The notes beneath the pieces are model-generated. The model was given only the letters and a program-made list of their open reading frames with translations. It had not been told where the DNA came from and did not search any database. From the NCBI GenBank assembly GCA_016181405.1, contig JACOZJ010000002.1:74608-138607 (forward strand): a stretch of DNA of 64,000 nucleotides. The letters are read 5' to 3'. The stretch comes from Candidatus Wildermuthbacteria bacterium (GTDB taxonomy: Bacteria > Patescibacteriota > Minisyncoccia > Minisyncoccales > UBA10102). This document shows, piece after piece, positions 45,251 through 55,194 of the stretch (positions are counted from its first letter, which is position 1; every line of letters starts with the position of its first letter). The position numbers and the translations under genes were made by a program.

Positions 45251-46750
45251 CTATCGTTTCCGCTTTAAGGATTTAGTCCAACCCTCCAAATGTCTTGCTG
45301 CTACATCGCGCCCTCCCAACCCAAACGCCAAAGCGACCGCAACCGCAAGGGAACCTAAAGTAAGACCAAAGGCAATACTAATAATCTCGTTTGCCAAGCC
45401 CATCTGCCGCAATGCCATAGCTCCCGTGAACACAAGAATTGCTATTTTCGCTGCCAAGGCAAGCATATGCGTTTTGCCTTTTCTCCCTGTCGCTATTGCG
45501 TGCGAAGCTACATTCGCCAGGTAAAGACCTATGGCGAAAATCACGAGACCCAGAAGAACATGTCCGGAAAACACGATGAATTCAGCTACAAGCCCTGCCA
45601 CCACTTCAAAGCCCAAAAGCCGCATTGCTTCGATAAAAGAAAACAGAAGGATGCCCACCAAAGTAAGGTATCCGACGATCTCAGATGGTTTTTGCGTTCC
45701 ATGCATTTCCTTTCCCAACCCCAAAAGCTCCAGCACGTTATCGAATCCTACGGAATCCAGCAAATTGGCGACAAGCCTGCTCACCAACCGCCCCACGATA
45801 TAGGCAAACACCATAACTATACCCGCGGCAAACACAGACGGAATAGCGGCAAGAATAATGCCAAGCATATTGCTCGCGGGATCCGTGACCGCGTCCAGCC
45901 CGAGCGCGTTCAAACCTGCTATAAGTACGGGAATCAACACCAACACGTACGCCACAACCCCAAGCATTCCCGATAAAGTCTGACTTCCCAATATATGCGC
46001 AATGCCAACTCTATCTGCCAACTGGTCTGCTCCCGAGGCACCCAAGAGATTGGTCACGATACGCTGCACAATGCGCGCCACAAACCATCCCACGAGCAGC
46101 AAAAGTCCTGCGGCCAACAGATTGGGAAGAAACGTTACCACCTTATCAATCATCCCTTGTATCGGCTCTAAAAGCCCATGAAGCGCTAAAGCGTCCAAAA
46201 GCGCAGGGAGAAACAGAAGAAAGATAAACCAGTACACGGCGTCAGAAAGAGTTTGCGCCAGAGGCGCTGCCTTTTCGCGCCGCACCCCCGCCTGCACTTC
46301 CAACTGTTTGTCAATCTTTGCCAGACTCAACACGCGCCTTGTCACAAGGCGCGAGGCGCTTGCCAAAACCCAAGCAATCACCAGCACAAAACCAGCTTCG
46401 ATCAATCGTGGGATATACGAGGAGATTTGACCCAAAAAGTTATCGAGCGAAGAGGCGACCAGCGAAAGCCCGAGTGTCTCAAAAAACGCGACCAGCGCGA
46501 ACAGCAGAATAAAGTAGAAGACGATCTTTGCGATCCACCGTTCTACCATAATGCCCTCTGCTTTGCTTCCCATAAGCCAAGAGGCAATGCGTTCATCCAA
46601 AGTAGTCCTTCGGAGAGCTCCACGCACGATTCCAGCCACAAGCAATGCGACAATCCATCCTAAAAGCAAAATCGCCAGGGCGCCCACTAAGGTTGGCAAG
46701 TAGAATCCAAAACCTAATGCGAGTTCATTCAAAAAATCCAAAGCATTCAT
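45251..46750 (-). CDS. polytopic membrane protein with repeated 'conserved TM helix' modules (mechanosensitive-channel-related family)
   Basis: 499 aa with at least 4 repeats of the pattern LLxGWxVAxxVxRxVxxLL...(G/D)xDxxL. The C-terminus is basic. Confidence 0.8.
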   Translation of the reverse strand: MNALDFLNELALGFGFYLPTLVGALAILLLGWIVALLVAGIVRGALRRTTLDERIASWLMGSKAEGIMVERWIAKIVFYFILLFALVAFFETLGLSLVASSLDNFLGQISSYIPRLIEAGFVLVIAWVLASASRLVTRRVLSLAKIDKQLEVQAGVRREKAAPLAQTLSDAVYWFIFLLFLPALLDALALHGLLEPIQGMIDKVVTFLPNLLAAGLLLLVGWFVARIVQRIVTNLLGASGADQLADRVGIAHILGSQTLSGMLGVVAYVLVLIPVLIAGLNALGLDAVTDPASNMLGIILAAIPSVFAAGIVMVFAYIVGRLVSRLVANLLDSVGFDNVLELLGLGKEMHGTQKPSEIVGYLTLVGILLFSFIEAMRLLGFEVVAGLVAEFIVFSGHVLLGLVIFAIGLYLANVASHAIATGRKGKTHMLALAAKIAILVFTGAMALRQMGLANEIISIAFGLTLGSLAVAVALAFGLGGRDVAARHLEGWTKSLKRKR

Positions 46751-46767
46751 TGATATATTACATTGTT

Positions 46768-46802
46768 AAATAAAAATTTCTTTCGTGCGACCATTCACGA
46801 AA
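46768..46802 (-). terminator. weak hairpin terminator after folD
   Basis: TTTCGTG (46781-46787) pairs with CACGAAA (46796-46802). The minus-strand tail is GAAATTTTTATTT. Confidence 0.45.
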
Positions 46803-46833
46803 TGATTATTTCATTATACTAGAAGCAAAAGAA

Positions 46834-47661
46834 TTACAGAAGCGTTTTTTCCACAGAGCAGAGATTAGAGAGCAAACATGCAATGGTAAGAGGCCCAATG
46901 CCGCCCGGCACCGGCGTAATCGCCCTCACTTTTTCAACCACCGAGTTAAAATCCACGTCGCCCGTGGTAGTCCCGCGATCTAACGAAGTACCAGCGTCAA
47001 CCACCACAACCTCCTTTTTAAGCATTGAGGGTTTAATGAGTTTTGGTTTCCCCACGCCGGAAATAAGAATATCCGCCTGCCGGGTAAAAGCGGCGAGTGA
47101 TTTTGTTTTCTCGTTCACGGAAGTAAACGTTGCCTTGTTCATTACGAGAGAAAGTATCGCGGGAAGGCCCACTAATCTTCCGGCTCCTACAACTACAATA
47201 TGTTTTCCTTGCCACGCGATATTGTAATACTCGAGCAGAAGCATGATCGCATGCGCCGTAGGAGGAAGGATGGGCAACTTTCCAAGCGCAAAAAGACCAA
47301 ACGCGCGCGAGGAAAGCACGTCTACGTCTTTTTCCACCGGGATGGCATCCAAAATTTCCTGCGTATTGAACTTTGCAGGAAGGGGCAGCTGGACAACGAT
47401 GCCGGAAACCCGCGAGGACTTACCCGCCTCCTGGACCGCTTCCCTCACTTTCTTCTGCGACGTACCCTTGGGGAAAGAAACCAATTCAAATTGAACGCCG
47501 ACACGTTCTGCGGCCTTTCCCTTCTCGGCGATGTATTGCGCAGAAATTGCGTTCTCTCCTACCCGAAATACCATCAACTTCAACTTTCCTTTCCGCTTTT
47601 GCTTAGCTAGCTTCTCAATCATTTCCTCTGCGATTTTGTCTCCATAAAGCAACCGTGCCAT
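46834..47661 (-). CDS. folD: bifunctional methylenetetrahydrofolate dehydrogenase/cyclohydrolase
   Basis: 275 aa. GIVVQLPLP, VVVGAGRLVGLP and ITPVPGGIGPLT. Confidence 0.93.
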   Translation of the reverse strand: MARLLYGDKIAEEMIEKLAKQKRKGKLKLMVFRVGENAISAQYIAEKGKAAERVGVQFELVSFPKGTSQKKVREAVQEAGKSSRVSGIVVQLPLPAKFNTQEILDAIPVEKDVDVLSSRAFGLFALGKLPILPPTAHAIMLLLEYYNIAWQGKHIVVVGAGRLVGLPAILSLVMNKATFTSVNEKTKSLAAFTRQADILISGVGKPKLIKPSMLKKEVVVVDAGTSLDRGTTTGDVDFNSVVEKVRAITPVPGGIGPLTIACLLSNLCSVEKTLL

Positions 47662-47663
47662 AT

Positions 47664-48896
47664 TTAAGGAATGGGAAACTTTTTACAAAACAAGGCGACC
47701 TCTTTTTTCACGCGGGGAGCGGATTCCGGAGCGGAGATTACTTCTGCAATCCACGAGGCTATCTGCTTCATCTCCCGTTCTTTCATTCCGCGCGTTGTCA
47801 CTGCCGGAGTTCCGAAACGCACACCCGAAGGGTTGAATGGCGTATTAGGATCAAACGGAATGGTGTTGCGGTTTGTCACGATGCCGGCGGATTCCAACAA
47901 CTCCTGTGCCTGCTTCCCCCGAATCTCTTTATTGCGAAGATCCACCAGCATCACATGGTTATCGGTTCCGCCAGAAACAATTTCAAAATCGTGCGCCTGC
48001 AAATGCTTTGCCAGCGCCTGCGCGTTTTTCACGACTTGTGAAGCATATCTGCAAAACGCAGGCGTTGCAGCTTCTTTCAGGGCAACACCTAACGCAGCGA
48101 TCGTATGATTATGCGGCCCGCCTTGCAATCCCGGGAACACCTTTGGAAAAATCTTATCACGCAACCCCTCCCTGCAAATAATCATAGCTCCTCTGGGTCC
48201 GCGCAAGGTTTTGTGCGTGGTTGTGGTAACAACATCCGCGTGCGGAAACGGACTCGGGTGCGCTTTCCCCACTATAAGCCCTGCGATGTGCGCGATATCG
48301 CACATCAAATACGCGCCGACTTTCTGCGCAATTTTTCCGAATGCCTCAAAATCGATAATTCTTGAGTAGGCGCTATACCCGGCAATAATCAGCTTTGGCC
48401 TTGCCTCAATGGCAAGTTCTCCAATTGCTCCGTAATCTAATCTCTGGGTTCTTTGGTCAACCATATAGTGAACAATATGAAAATCAATTCCACTCAAACT
48501 TACAGGCGAGCCGTGCGTCAGGTGTCCGCCGTGGCTAAGGTCGAGAGACAAAATCGTATCTCCTCGGTCGAGCAGCCCACGATATACCGCATAGTTTGCG
48601 GGGCTTCCGGAATATGGCTGCACGTTTACGGCCCAATCTTCTCCGAGCCCGAACGCCTTTTTTGCCCGCTCTTCAACAAGCGTCTCCAAGACATCCACAT
48701 TCTCCATACCGCCATAATATCTTTTGTAGGGCCTTCCCTCCGAATACTTTGCTATATAGAGGGAGGAAAGAGCTGCTCTTACTGCCCGAGATGGATAATT
48801 TTCAGAAGCAATCAAATCAATGGTTTGGGCCTGTCTCTTTTCTTCTCTTTTGATGAGATCGAAGATTTCTTTGTCTTGCGTTTGAATAGTTTTCAT
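47664..48896 (-). CDS. glyA: serine hydroxymethyltransferase
   Basis: 410 aa. ELIASENY, VTTTTHKTLRGPRG (PLP Lys) and GGPHNH. Confidence 0.95.
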   Translation of the reverse strand: MKTIQTQDKEIFDLIKREEKRQAQTIDLIASENYPSRAVRAALSSLYIAKYSEGRPYKRYYGGMENVDVLETLVEERAKKAFGLGEDWAVNVQPYSGSPANYAVYRGLLDRGDTILSLDLSHGGHLTHGSPVSLSGIDFHIVHYMVDQRTQRLDYGAIGELAIEARPKLIIAGYSAYSRIIDFEAFGKIAQKVGAYLMCDIAHIAGLIVGKAHPSPFPHADVVTTTTHKTLRGPRGAMIICREGLRDKIFPKVFPGLQGGPHNHTIAALGVALKEAATPAFCRYASQVVKNAQALAKHLQAHDFEIVSGGTDNHVMLVDLRNKEIRGKQAQELLESAGIVTNRNTIPFDPNTPFNPSGVRFGTPAVTTRGMKEREMKQIASWIAEVISAPESAPRVKKEVALFCKKFPIP

Positions 48897-48902
48897 AGAA
48901 AA

Positions 48903-49493
48903 TTATTTTCGCAATATTTCGGGAGGGTTTTTTGTTATATCAATAACCGTAGAGGGGCGCGCTTCTGGCAGTTTTCCTGCGTCCAGCAACACATCGGGCT
49001 GGAATTCTCGCTCCTGGAGTTGAGCCAAAACTTCTTTGCTGTCCAAACACGGGGGCTGACCGGAAACATTCGCTGAAGTACCGGTCAATGGCTTCCCAAA
49101 TTTTTCTAAAATTTCGTCCAGCAGAGGGTATCGGGGAATACGAATTCCAACTTTTCCTTCTTTTTGGAAAAATTCAGGAAGTCTATGCCTGCTTTCTAGA
49201 AGTACAGTCACATTTCCGGGCCAGACATCGCGCAGATACAATTCTTGTTCGGGTGAAATCTCCGCCAACTCTTTTGCTGCAGCAATGTCTTTCACAAACA
49301 CCGACAACGGTTTCCCCTCTTCCCTTCCTTTTATCTGGAAAATTCTCGCAACAGCATCTCCGTTCATTGCATCTGCTAATAGCCCATACACCGTATCGGT
49401 CGGGCACGCCACCACTTTCCCTGCTTTCAACAAAACCTGTATCTCCCTCATCACTTCCTCAATAGTGTCTTTCGCAATGTGGACAATTTTCAT
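48903..49493 (-). CDS. tsaC: L-threonylcarbamoyladenylate synthase (TsaC/YwlC, Sua5 N-domain type)
   Basis: 196 aa. CPTDTVYGLLADA, KGREEGKPLSV, TSANVSGQPP and PSTVIDIT. Confidence 0.9.
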   Translation of the reverse strand: MKIVHIAKDTIEEVMREIQVLLKAGKVVACPTDTVYGLLADAMNGDAVARIFQIKGREEGKPLSVFVKDIAAAKELAEISPEQELYLRDVWPGNVTVLLESRHRLPEFFQKEGKVGIRIPRYPLLDEILEKFGKPLTGTSANVSGQPPCLDSKEVLAQLQEREFQPDVLLDAGKLPEARPSTVIDITKNPPEILRK

Positions 49494-50720
49494 TTATTTT
49501 ACAACATTTTCTGGCTTCATATAGCATGTTGTATGATCCTGCAGATCTTTAAACACATGTGTAGCAGGTCCCACCACGCAATTGGCTCCGATGAGCGCAC
49601 CGGGCATCGTGCCCGAATGAATACCAAACGCAGAATTATCGCCCACAGTTACCCCAAGCTTGGGAAGACCGTATATCGGTTTTTTGTCGAGACGAAGATT
49701 TCCCGTAATAAATCCTGCCCCAAACCTGCAATTTTTCCCGATGATGGAATCACCCAAATATCCTGAGTGGAATGTTGTTCCCTCTTGCACAATAGAATGC
49801 TTCATTTCCATGAAAGCTCCTGTCTTACAATTCGCTTCCAAATTCACCGGCCCGCGCAGTACATTATGATGTCCAATCAAGCAGTTTTCTCCAATATATA
49901 TCGGACCCTCAAGTATGGCACCATCCCTCACCTCTGTATTCTCCCCTATAGAGACAGAACCTTTTATGACTACGCCCCTCGCGATTTTTGCGCTTGGAGC
50001 GATATATGTCTTGAAATAGTTAGAGGCAAAGAGATACTCCATAATACCGAACGAATCCCACGGATACTTCAAGGTTAATCCTTTATTTTCAACAACAAGG
50101 ACAAAAGCATTTTTGTCCTTCACGTATTCATTGGTCGCATCCACAATATCCACCTCATGATAATCAGCAAGCTTCTCGTAATACGCGAAAAAGTCCGGAG
50201 TAAGGAGTCTGGCGCCAGAAACCGCAATATTCGAAGGCTCTTCCCCCAACGAGGGCTTTTCAACAATCCCCAAAACTTTTTCGCCTGCCAGGCGGAATAT
50301 CCCATAGTCTGAAGGATTCGCCACTTTTGACCCCACAAACACAGCATCCACTCCCCCTTTCTGCTTGGCAACCATTTGCGCAACCAACTCTTTTGCCCCT
50401 ACCTTATTGCCCCACAACACAATAAACGGCTCTTTAATAAAATCTTTTGCTTGCCACAAGGCGTTTCCCGTACCTAGCGGCTCTTCTTGCACGATATAGG
50501 TAGTCTTTACTCCCAAATCATTTTCTTTATCGAGCATTTCCTGCATCGAAGAGTTTTTGCCCACCACAATTGCTACGTCTCGAATATCGTTTTCTGCAAG
50601 TCCCTTCAAAGCCCAGTAAACCAAAGGCTTCCCCAGAAGTTTAAATTGGGATTTGTGAATGCCGTTATTCAACGGCCAAAATCGCTTGGATTCGCCCGCA
50701 GCAATAATGACAGCCTGCAT
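49494..50720 (-). CDS. sugar-1-phosphate nucleotidyltransferase with C-terminal left-handed beta-helix (GlmU-like, archaeal-type bifunctional)
   Basis: MQAVIIAAGESKRFWPL NTP-transferase motif plus C-terminal hexapeptide repeats. The start is probably M10 at 50720; the track start is 50747. Confidence 0.85.
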   Translation of the reverse strand: MQAVIIAAGESKRFWPLNNGIHKSQFKLLGKPLVYWALKGLAENDIRDVAIVVGKNSSMQEMLDKENDLGVKTTYIVQEEPLGTGNALWQAKDFIKEPFIVLWGNKVGAKELVAQMVAKQKGGVDAVFVGSKVANPSDYGIFRLAGEKVLGIVEKPSLGEEPSNIAVSGARLLTPDFFAYYEKLADYHEVDIVDATNEYVKDKNAFVLVVENKGLTLKYPWDSFGIMEYLFASNYFKTYIAPSAKIARGVVIKGSVSIGENTEVRDGAILEGPIYIGENCLIGHHNVLRGPVNLEANCKTGAFMEMKHSIVQEGTTFHSGYLGDSIIGKNCRFGAGFITGNLRLDKKPIYGLPKLGVTVGDNSAFGIHSGTMPGALIGANCVVGPATHVFKDLQDHTTCYMKPENVVK

Positions 50721-50755
50721 GATTTGATAATAGCCGAACCACTCCAAAAAGCAAG

Positions 50756-51901
50756 CTAGAGATAGGTGTATATTGACTGGCGCAGTTTGTCTTGCGGCAC
50801 CTTGTATGGAATGTAGTCTAAAACGTACACAGAAGCTCCCAAATGCGGAGCTGTTTTGATGGTTTCTTCCGAAATGCCAGCAGCGAGAAATTTCTTTTTC
50901 ACTACTGTATCTGAAGGGTACAATTCTGTGAAAGGGTATGCAGCTGCTCCTTTTGCAATCTCCCGTATCATTAAGTTTTCTTTGGTGAAAAAGTTTTGAA
51001 GCGCAAGAAAGCGATGCCCGACTGCTTCGTCTCCCACAGTCAAAATAACAAATCCTCCGTCTTTGGCGAAGTTCTTGACTCCATATTTCACGAATGTTTT
51101 CACGCCCTTGTAGGTGTAAGGAGGATTACAAAGAAACCCGACAATGGGCTCGCGCACAACGTTTTTCCCGCTGGCATCTGCCCTTTTCACTCGGATATTC
51201 AACGCATATTTTGCAGCTATATTTTTGATGCTAGCCAGCAACTCTTCGTCAGCATCAATAACTAAAGAAGAAATGTTTGGATCCGCGAAAGACAGCAACA
51301 CGGAAATAAAATCGTCATCGCCCACAAAAAGAAATGTTTCAGGGAGAGGGAGATTCTCCAATATTTTCTTCACTTCAAATATTGCTGTTGCTTGAGATAT
51401 TGGCAGCTGATCAAATTTGGATTTCGTCCTGAACACCTTGATATTCTTCAGCAAATCTGTCACCGAGGCATTCGCCTTTATTTTTACCCCCAGCTTGCGC
51501 TCTATAGTACTCTTAATTTCTTCCTCACTTTGAACACGCGGCAACATGCTCAAAAGATCTTTCTTAAGGACGATAACCTTACCATTCTTATCTAATTTTG
51601 CGAGTTTTGTTTTCTCAAAGAACTCTACAAATCCTGCACCGTATTCAGAATCTCTCGCGATAATTTTCACAAAGTCAAAAATACTTGCAGAATAAATCGC
51701 CGTTTTCAGATCTCTTAAGAACACAAAAAAAGAAGGCCTATAATAGGCATCGTAAATCTTCTCGATTGCCTGATCGTTAAGGTTATCCGTTCCATCGGCA
51801 CCTTTAGCTTTCCTCACATATGCAACGAGAATATCCCTTTGGATCTCGAGAAACTGGCGATAAAACCTCCGCAACTCCTGTATGTCTTGTATTCTACTCA
51901 T
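50756..51901 (-). CDS. DUF43-family aminopropyltransferase-like protein (BpsA / N4-bis(aminopropyl)spermidine synthase-like)
   Basis: 381 aa. FVGDDDFISVLLSFA...VIDADEELL and FLCNPPYT match the DUF43 GDDDL/DPPxT motifs. Overlaps speH by 4 nt. Confidence 0.75.
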   Translation of the reverse strand: MSRIQDIQELRRFYRQFLEIQRDILVAYVRKAKGADGTDNLNDQAIEKIYDAYYRPSFFVFLRDLKTAIYSASIFDFVKIIARDSEYGAGFVEFFEKTKLAKLDKNGKVIVLKKDLLSMLPRVQSEEEIKSTIERKLGVKIKANASVTDLLKNIKVFRTKSKFDQLPISQATAIFEVKKILENLPLPETFLFVGDDDFISVLLSFADPNISSLVIDADEELLASIKNIAAKYALNIRVKRADASGKNVVREPIVGFLCNPPYTYKGVKTFVKYGVKNFAKDGGFVILTVGDEAVGHRFLALQNFFTKENLMIREIAKGAAAYPFTELYPSDTVVKKKFLAAGISEETIKTAPHLGASVYVLDYIPYKVPQDKLRQSIYTYL

Positions 51902-52290
51902 AAAACATCTTCCCTATTCCCGCGCTCTATCCTGCGTGTGTTCACCTTTTGTGCCGCAAATTTTTCTACCAGATACTGTACTGCTTTTTCAGTATCCATT
52001 AACCCGCAAGTAAAAACATCGACTGCGGCGTAGCCGCATTCTGGCCACGTATGAATAGAAATATGAGATTCAGCAAGCAAAATATAACCGGTAATACCGT
52101 GAGGGGAAAATCGGTGAAATTTTGTGTGAAGAATGCTGGCACCGCAGATGCGGGCAGCTTCCTTCAGCGACTGGGCAACAAACTTGAGATCGTCGAGCTT
52201 TTTGCACCCAAAAAGCTCTGCAATAATATGTGTTCCAAGATGTGTTTGTTTACTAATCCTCTTTGGGGCTGCCATATTCTTAACCCACAA
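51898..52290 (-). CDS. speH: S-adenosylmethionine decarboxylase proenzyme (class 1, SpeH type)
   Basis: 130 aa. AELFGC and the self-processing site region LLAESHISIHTWPE. Confidence 0.9.
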   Translation of the reverse strand: MWVKNMAAPKRISKQTHLGTHIIAELFGCKKLDDLKFVAQSLKEAARICGASILHTKFHRFSPHGITGYILLAESHISIHTWPECGYAAVDVFTCGLMDTEKAVQYLVEKFAAQKVNTRRIERGNREDVL

Positions 52291-52380
52291 GCAAAGAGGC
52301 TCAACCGTGAGCTCTTTTCAATGCGTTTGTTATCTTCGTCGCTGTTCATAAAGCGATTCGTTCAAGAATAACACAAACTC

Positions 52381-53328
52381 TTAGAGCTTGCAAATAATCC
52401 GAGCCAAAACATCTGAATTGTGGCGAATAAGACCCACCGGCCGCAGCACATCCTCTTCAATCACCTTCAATCCATTCTCTTTCAGCTTCTTTTTATCGTA
52501 TTCCACGAAATGCGCGTGCGCCTCCTCATATTTTTGAACTCGTTCGGGCGCCGGCCTTTTCGTATTTACAATAATATGGGTAAGCACTCTTTCCCCAAGA
52601 TATTTCTCAAGCGCATCTACAAAGTTTTCCGCGGAAAAACCGTTGGTTTCGCCAAACTTGGTCATCAAATTACACACAAACGCTTTCTTTGCCTTGCTCT
52701 CGCGCACTGCCTTTGCAACGCCTTCTACTAAAAAATTCGGCATAATGCTTGTGTACAAATCCCCGGGCCCAATCACAACAACATCTGCCTCCTTAATAGC
52801 TTCGATAGCTTTGGGATTTGCCTTACACCTAAGATCGAGCCGTACTTTTCTAATCTTTAAATTTCCATCGTGCTTAGGGATATCGATATTTGTTTCTCCC
52901 CGGATAACTTGACCATTTTCAAGCTCTGCAAGCAGTGTGCAGTTATCAAGCGTGGATGGAATCACTCTGCCCTGAATGTTCAAAATACGGCCTGCCTCCT
53001 CGATTGCTTTTTCAAAACTTCCAAGCTGTTTGGCAAGCGCCGTTAAAAACAGATTGCCGAAGCTGTGTCCACTCAGCCCACCCTCTGCAAAACGAAACTG
53101 AAACAAATTGGATATCGCTTGCGGCGCGTGGGAGAGAGCGACTAACGCGGGGCGCACTGAACCTGGCGGCAACACACCAAATTCTTCCCGGAGAACCTTG
53201 GTAGATCCGCCGTCGTCTGCCATGGAAACAATCGCGGTTAAGTTCACCGGATATTTTTTCAAACCCACAAGCGCCGTGTACGTTCCCGTCCCCCCTCCAA
53301 TAACGACAATATTTTTCGTTTGGCTCAT
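52381..53328 (-). CDS. YvcK/CofD-family (UPF0052) gluconeogenesis/cell-shape factor
   Basis: 315 aa. VVIGGGTG, VSMADDGGSTKVLR and IGPGDLYTSI. Confidence 0.9.
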   Translation of the reverse strand: MSQTKNIVVIGGGTGTYTALVGLKKYPVNLTAIVSMADDGGSTKVLREEFGVLPPGSVRPALVALSHAPQAISNLFQFRFAEGGLSGHSFGNLFLTALAKQLGSFEKAIEEAGRILNIQGRVIPSTLDNCTLLAELENGQVIRGETNIDIPKHDGNLKIRKVRLDLRCKANPKAIEAIKEADVVVIGPGDLYTSIMPNFLVEGVAKAVRESKAKKAFVCNLMTKFGETNGFSAENFVDALEKYLGERVLTHIIVNTKRPAPERVQKYEEAHAHFVEYDKKKLKENGLKVIEEDVLRPVGLIRHNSDVLARIICKL

Positions 53329-53330
53329 AC

Positions 53331-55154
53331 CTATTCAACCGTGACGGATTTGGCGAGATTGCGGGGTTTATCTGGATCATGACCGCGCAGAACTGCCATA
53401 TAATAGGCAAATAATTGCAAAGGAATCACGGAGAGCAATGGTGTCAATGCCTCTGGCGCGCGCGGGATATACAGCACATCATCTGCGATTTTCGCGATCT
53501 CCTTATCCCCTTCTGTTGCTACTGCGATAATTGGTCCCTTACGCGCTTTCACTTCCTGAATGTTGGAAATCATTTTTTCATAGACGCTATCTCGCAGACA
53601 AAGTGCAAGGGTCGGTACGTGCTCGTCTATAAGCGCTATGGGGCCATGCTTTAGCTCGCCGCCAGAAAATCCTTCCGCGTGCACATATGAAATTTCCTTG
53701 AGCTTGAGAGCCCCTTCCAAAGCAATGGGATACTGATACTTCCTTCCTATATATAGCATGCTATCTACTTTCGCGTATTTTTCAGCAAGCTGCTGCACGG
53801 ACTTCGTATCTTGCAGGAAACGTTCTGCAGTTTCCGGAATTTTCTTCAGCTCCTCGGTAAGTTCAGGTAGCAGGGTTCCTTTTTGATTTGCAAAAAATAC
53901 GGCCAAAAGCGCAAGAAGCGTCAGCTGCGACGTGAATACTTTCGTAGAGGCAACGCCGATTTCAGGCCCTACATGATTATACAATCCGGCATCAACTTCG
54001 CGCGCGACCGAAGAACCAACCACATTGATGATGCCGAGAGTCAATCCTTTTTGCCGCTTCACTTCCTTGAGCGCACCCAACGTGTCTGCAGTCTCTCCTG
54101 ACTGGGAAAGAAAAATATACGCCGTTTTGTCATCAATAATTGGGCTGCGGTAGCGAAATTCCGAAGCCGTATCCGTATCCGCCGGCACTTTAGCATACCC
54201 GGAAATCAAATACTCGCCCACGAGCCCCGCGAGATACGCCGTTCCCATACCAATGATGTGTACGCGCTCAATCGCATTGAGACGCTCTGCAACCTGTTCT
54301 ACCCCCCCCAATTTTACCTCCCCAACTCTCTCTCCGAAGCGGCCGCGCAGCGTATCAGCAATGCCTTCCGGCTGTTCCATAATTTCTTTGAGCATGAAGT
54401 ACTCGTATCCTCCTTTTTGCGCGTCTTCAATTTTCCAATCAATAACATCTATGGGCTTTTCCACGCAATTGCCGTCGATATCCTGCACGGCATAGCCGTC
54501 TTTTTTGAGCACTGCCATTTCACCATCGGACAAATATACCACTTCTTTGGTTATACCCACTACGGCCGAAGGATCAGAGGCTACAATATATTCCCCTTTT
54601 CCTACCCCAATAAGGAGAGGAGCAGAATTTCGAACAGCTATCAATTGTCCAGGGTCATCTTTTGCGATAATAACCAGTGCAAAAGCACCCTTCAATAAAG
54701 GAATAACTTTCCGCACGGCCTTTGCGAGATCGCCCTCGAAGACATACTCGATTAAATGAGGGATAACCTCAGTGTCTGTCTCTGAAACAAATGTATGCCC
54801 TTCCTCAACAAGTTTCTCTTTGAGCTGCTGGTAATTCTCAATGATGCCGTTGTGCGCTACCCAGATATTCCCCTTGCAATCAGCGTGCGGATGGCAGTTT
54901 TGTTCGGTTACACCTCCGTGTGTCGCCCAGCGGGTATAGAAAAGAGAGGGCGAAGCTTTTATATGCATACCTTTCACTCTTTTCTCAAGATTCTCAATCT
55001 TGCCTACTGCTTTTACGCAAAGTATCTCCTTCTCTTGAGGATCGTACGCGGCCATGCCCGCAGAATCATATCCGCGATACTCGAGTCGCTTTAGCGCTTC
55101 AAGCCCCTCTTGTATATCCTTTGGTTCCCCAATATATCCAACAATTCCGCACAT
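53331..55154 (-). CDS. glmS: glutamine--fructose-6-phosphate aminotransferase
   Basis: 607 aa. MCGIVGYIG Ntn start, two SIS domains and a C-terminal KSVTVE. Confidence 0.96.
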   Translation of the reverse strand: MCGIVGYIGEPKDIQEGLEALKRLEYRGYDSAGMAAYDPQEKEILCVKAVGKIENLEKRVKGMHIKASPSLFYTRWATHGGVTEQNCHPHADCKGNIWVAHNGIIENYQQLKEKLVEEGHTFVSETDTEVIPHLIEYVFEGDLAKAVRKVIPLLKGAFALVIIAKDDPGQLIAVRNSAPLLIGVGKGEYIVASDPSAVVGITKEVVYLSDGEMAVLKKDGYAVQDIDGNCVEKPIDVIDWKIEDAQKGGYEYFMLKEIMEQPEGIADTLRGRFGERVGEVKLGGVEQVAERLNAIERVHIIGMGTAYLAGLVGEYLISGYAKVPADTDTASEFRYRSPIIDDKTAYIFLSQSGETADTLGALKEVKRQKGLTLGIINVVGSSVAREVDAGLYNHVGPEIGVASTKVFTSQLTLLALLAVFFANQKGTLLPELTEELKKIPETAERFLQDTKSVQQLAEKYAKVDSMLYIGRKYQYPIALEGALKLKEISYVHAEGFSGGELKHGPIALIDEHVPTLALCLRDSVYEKMISNIQEVKARKGPIIAVATEGDKEIAKIADDVLYIPRAPEALTPLLSVIPLQLFAYYMAVLRGHDPDKPRNLAKSVTVE

Positions 55155-55194
55155 ATAAACAGATTATACACGAAAAAACTACAAAAACCAGTCT

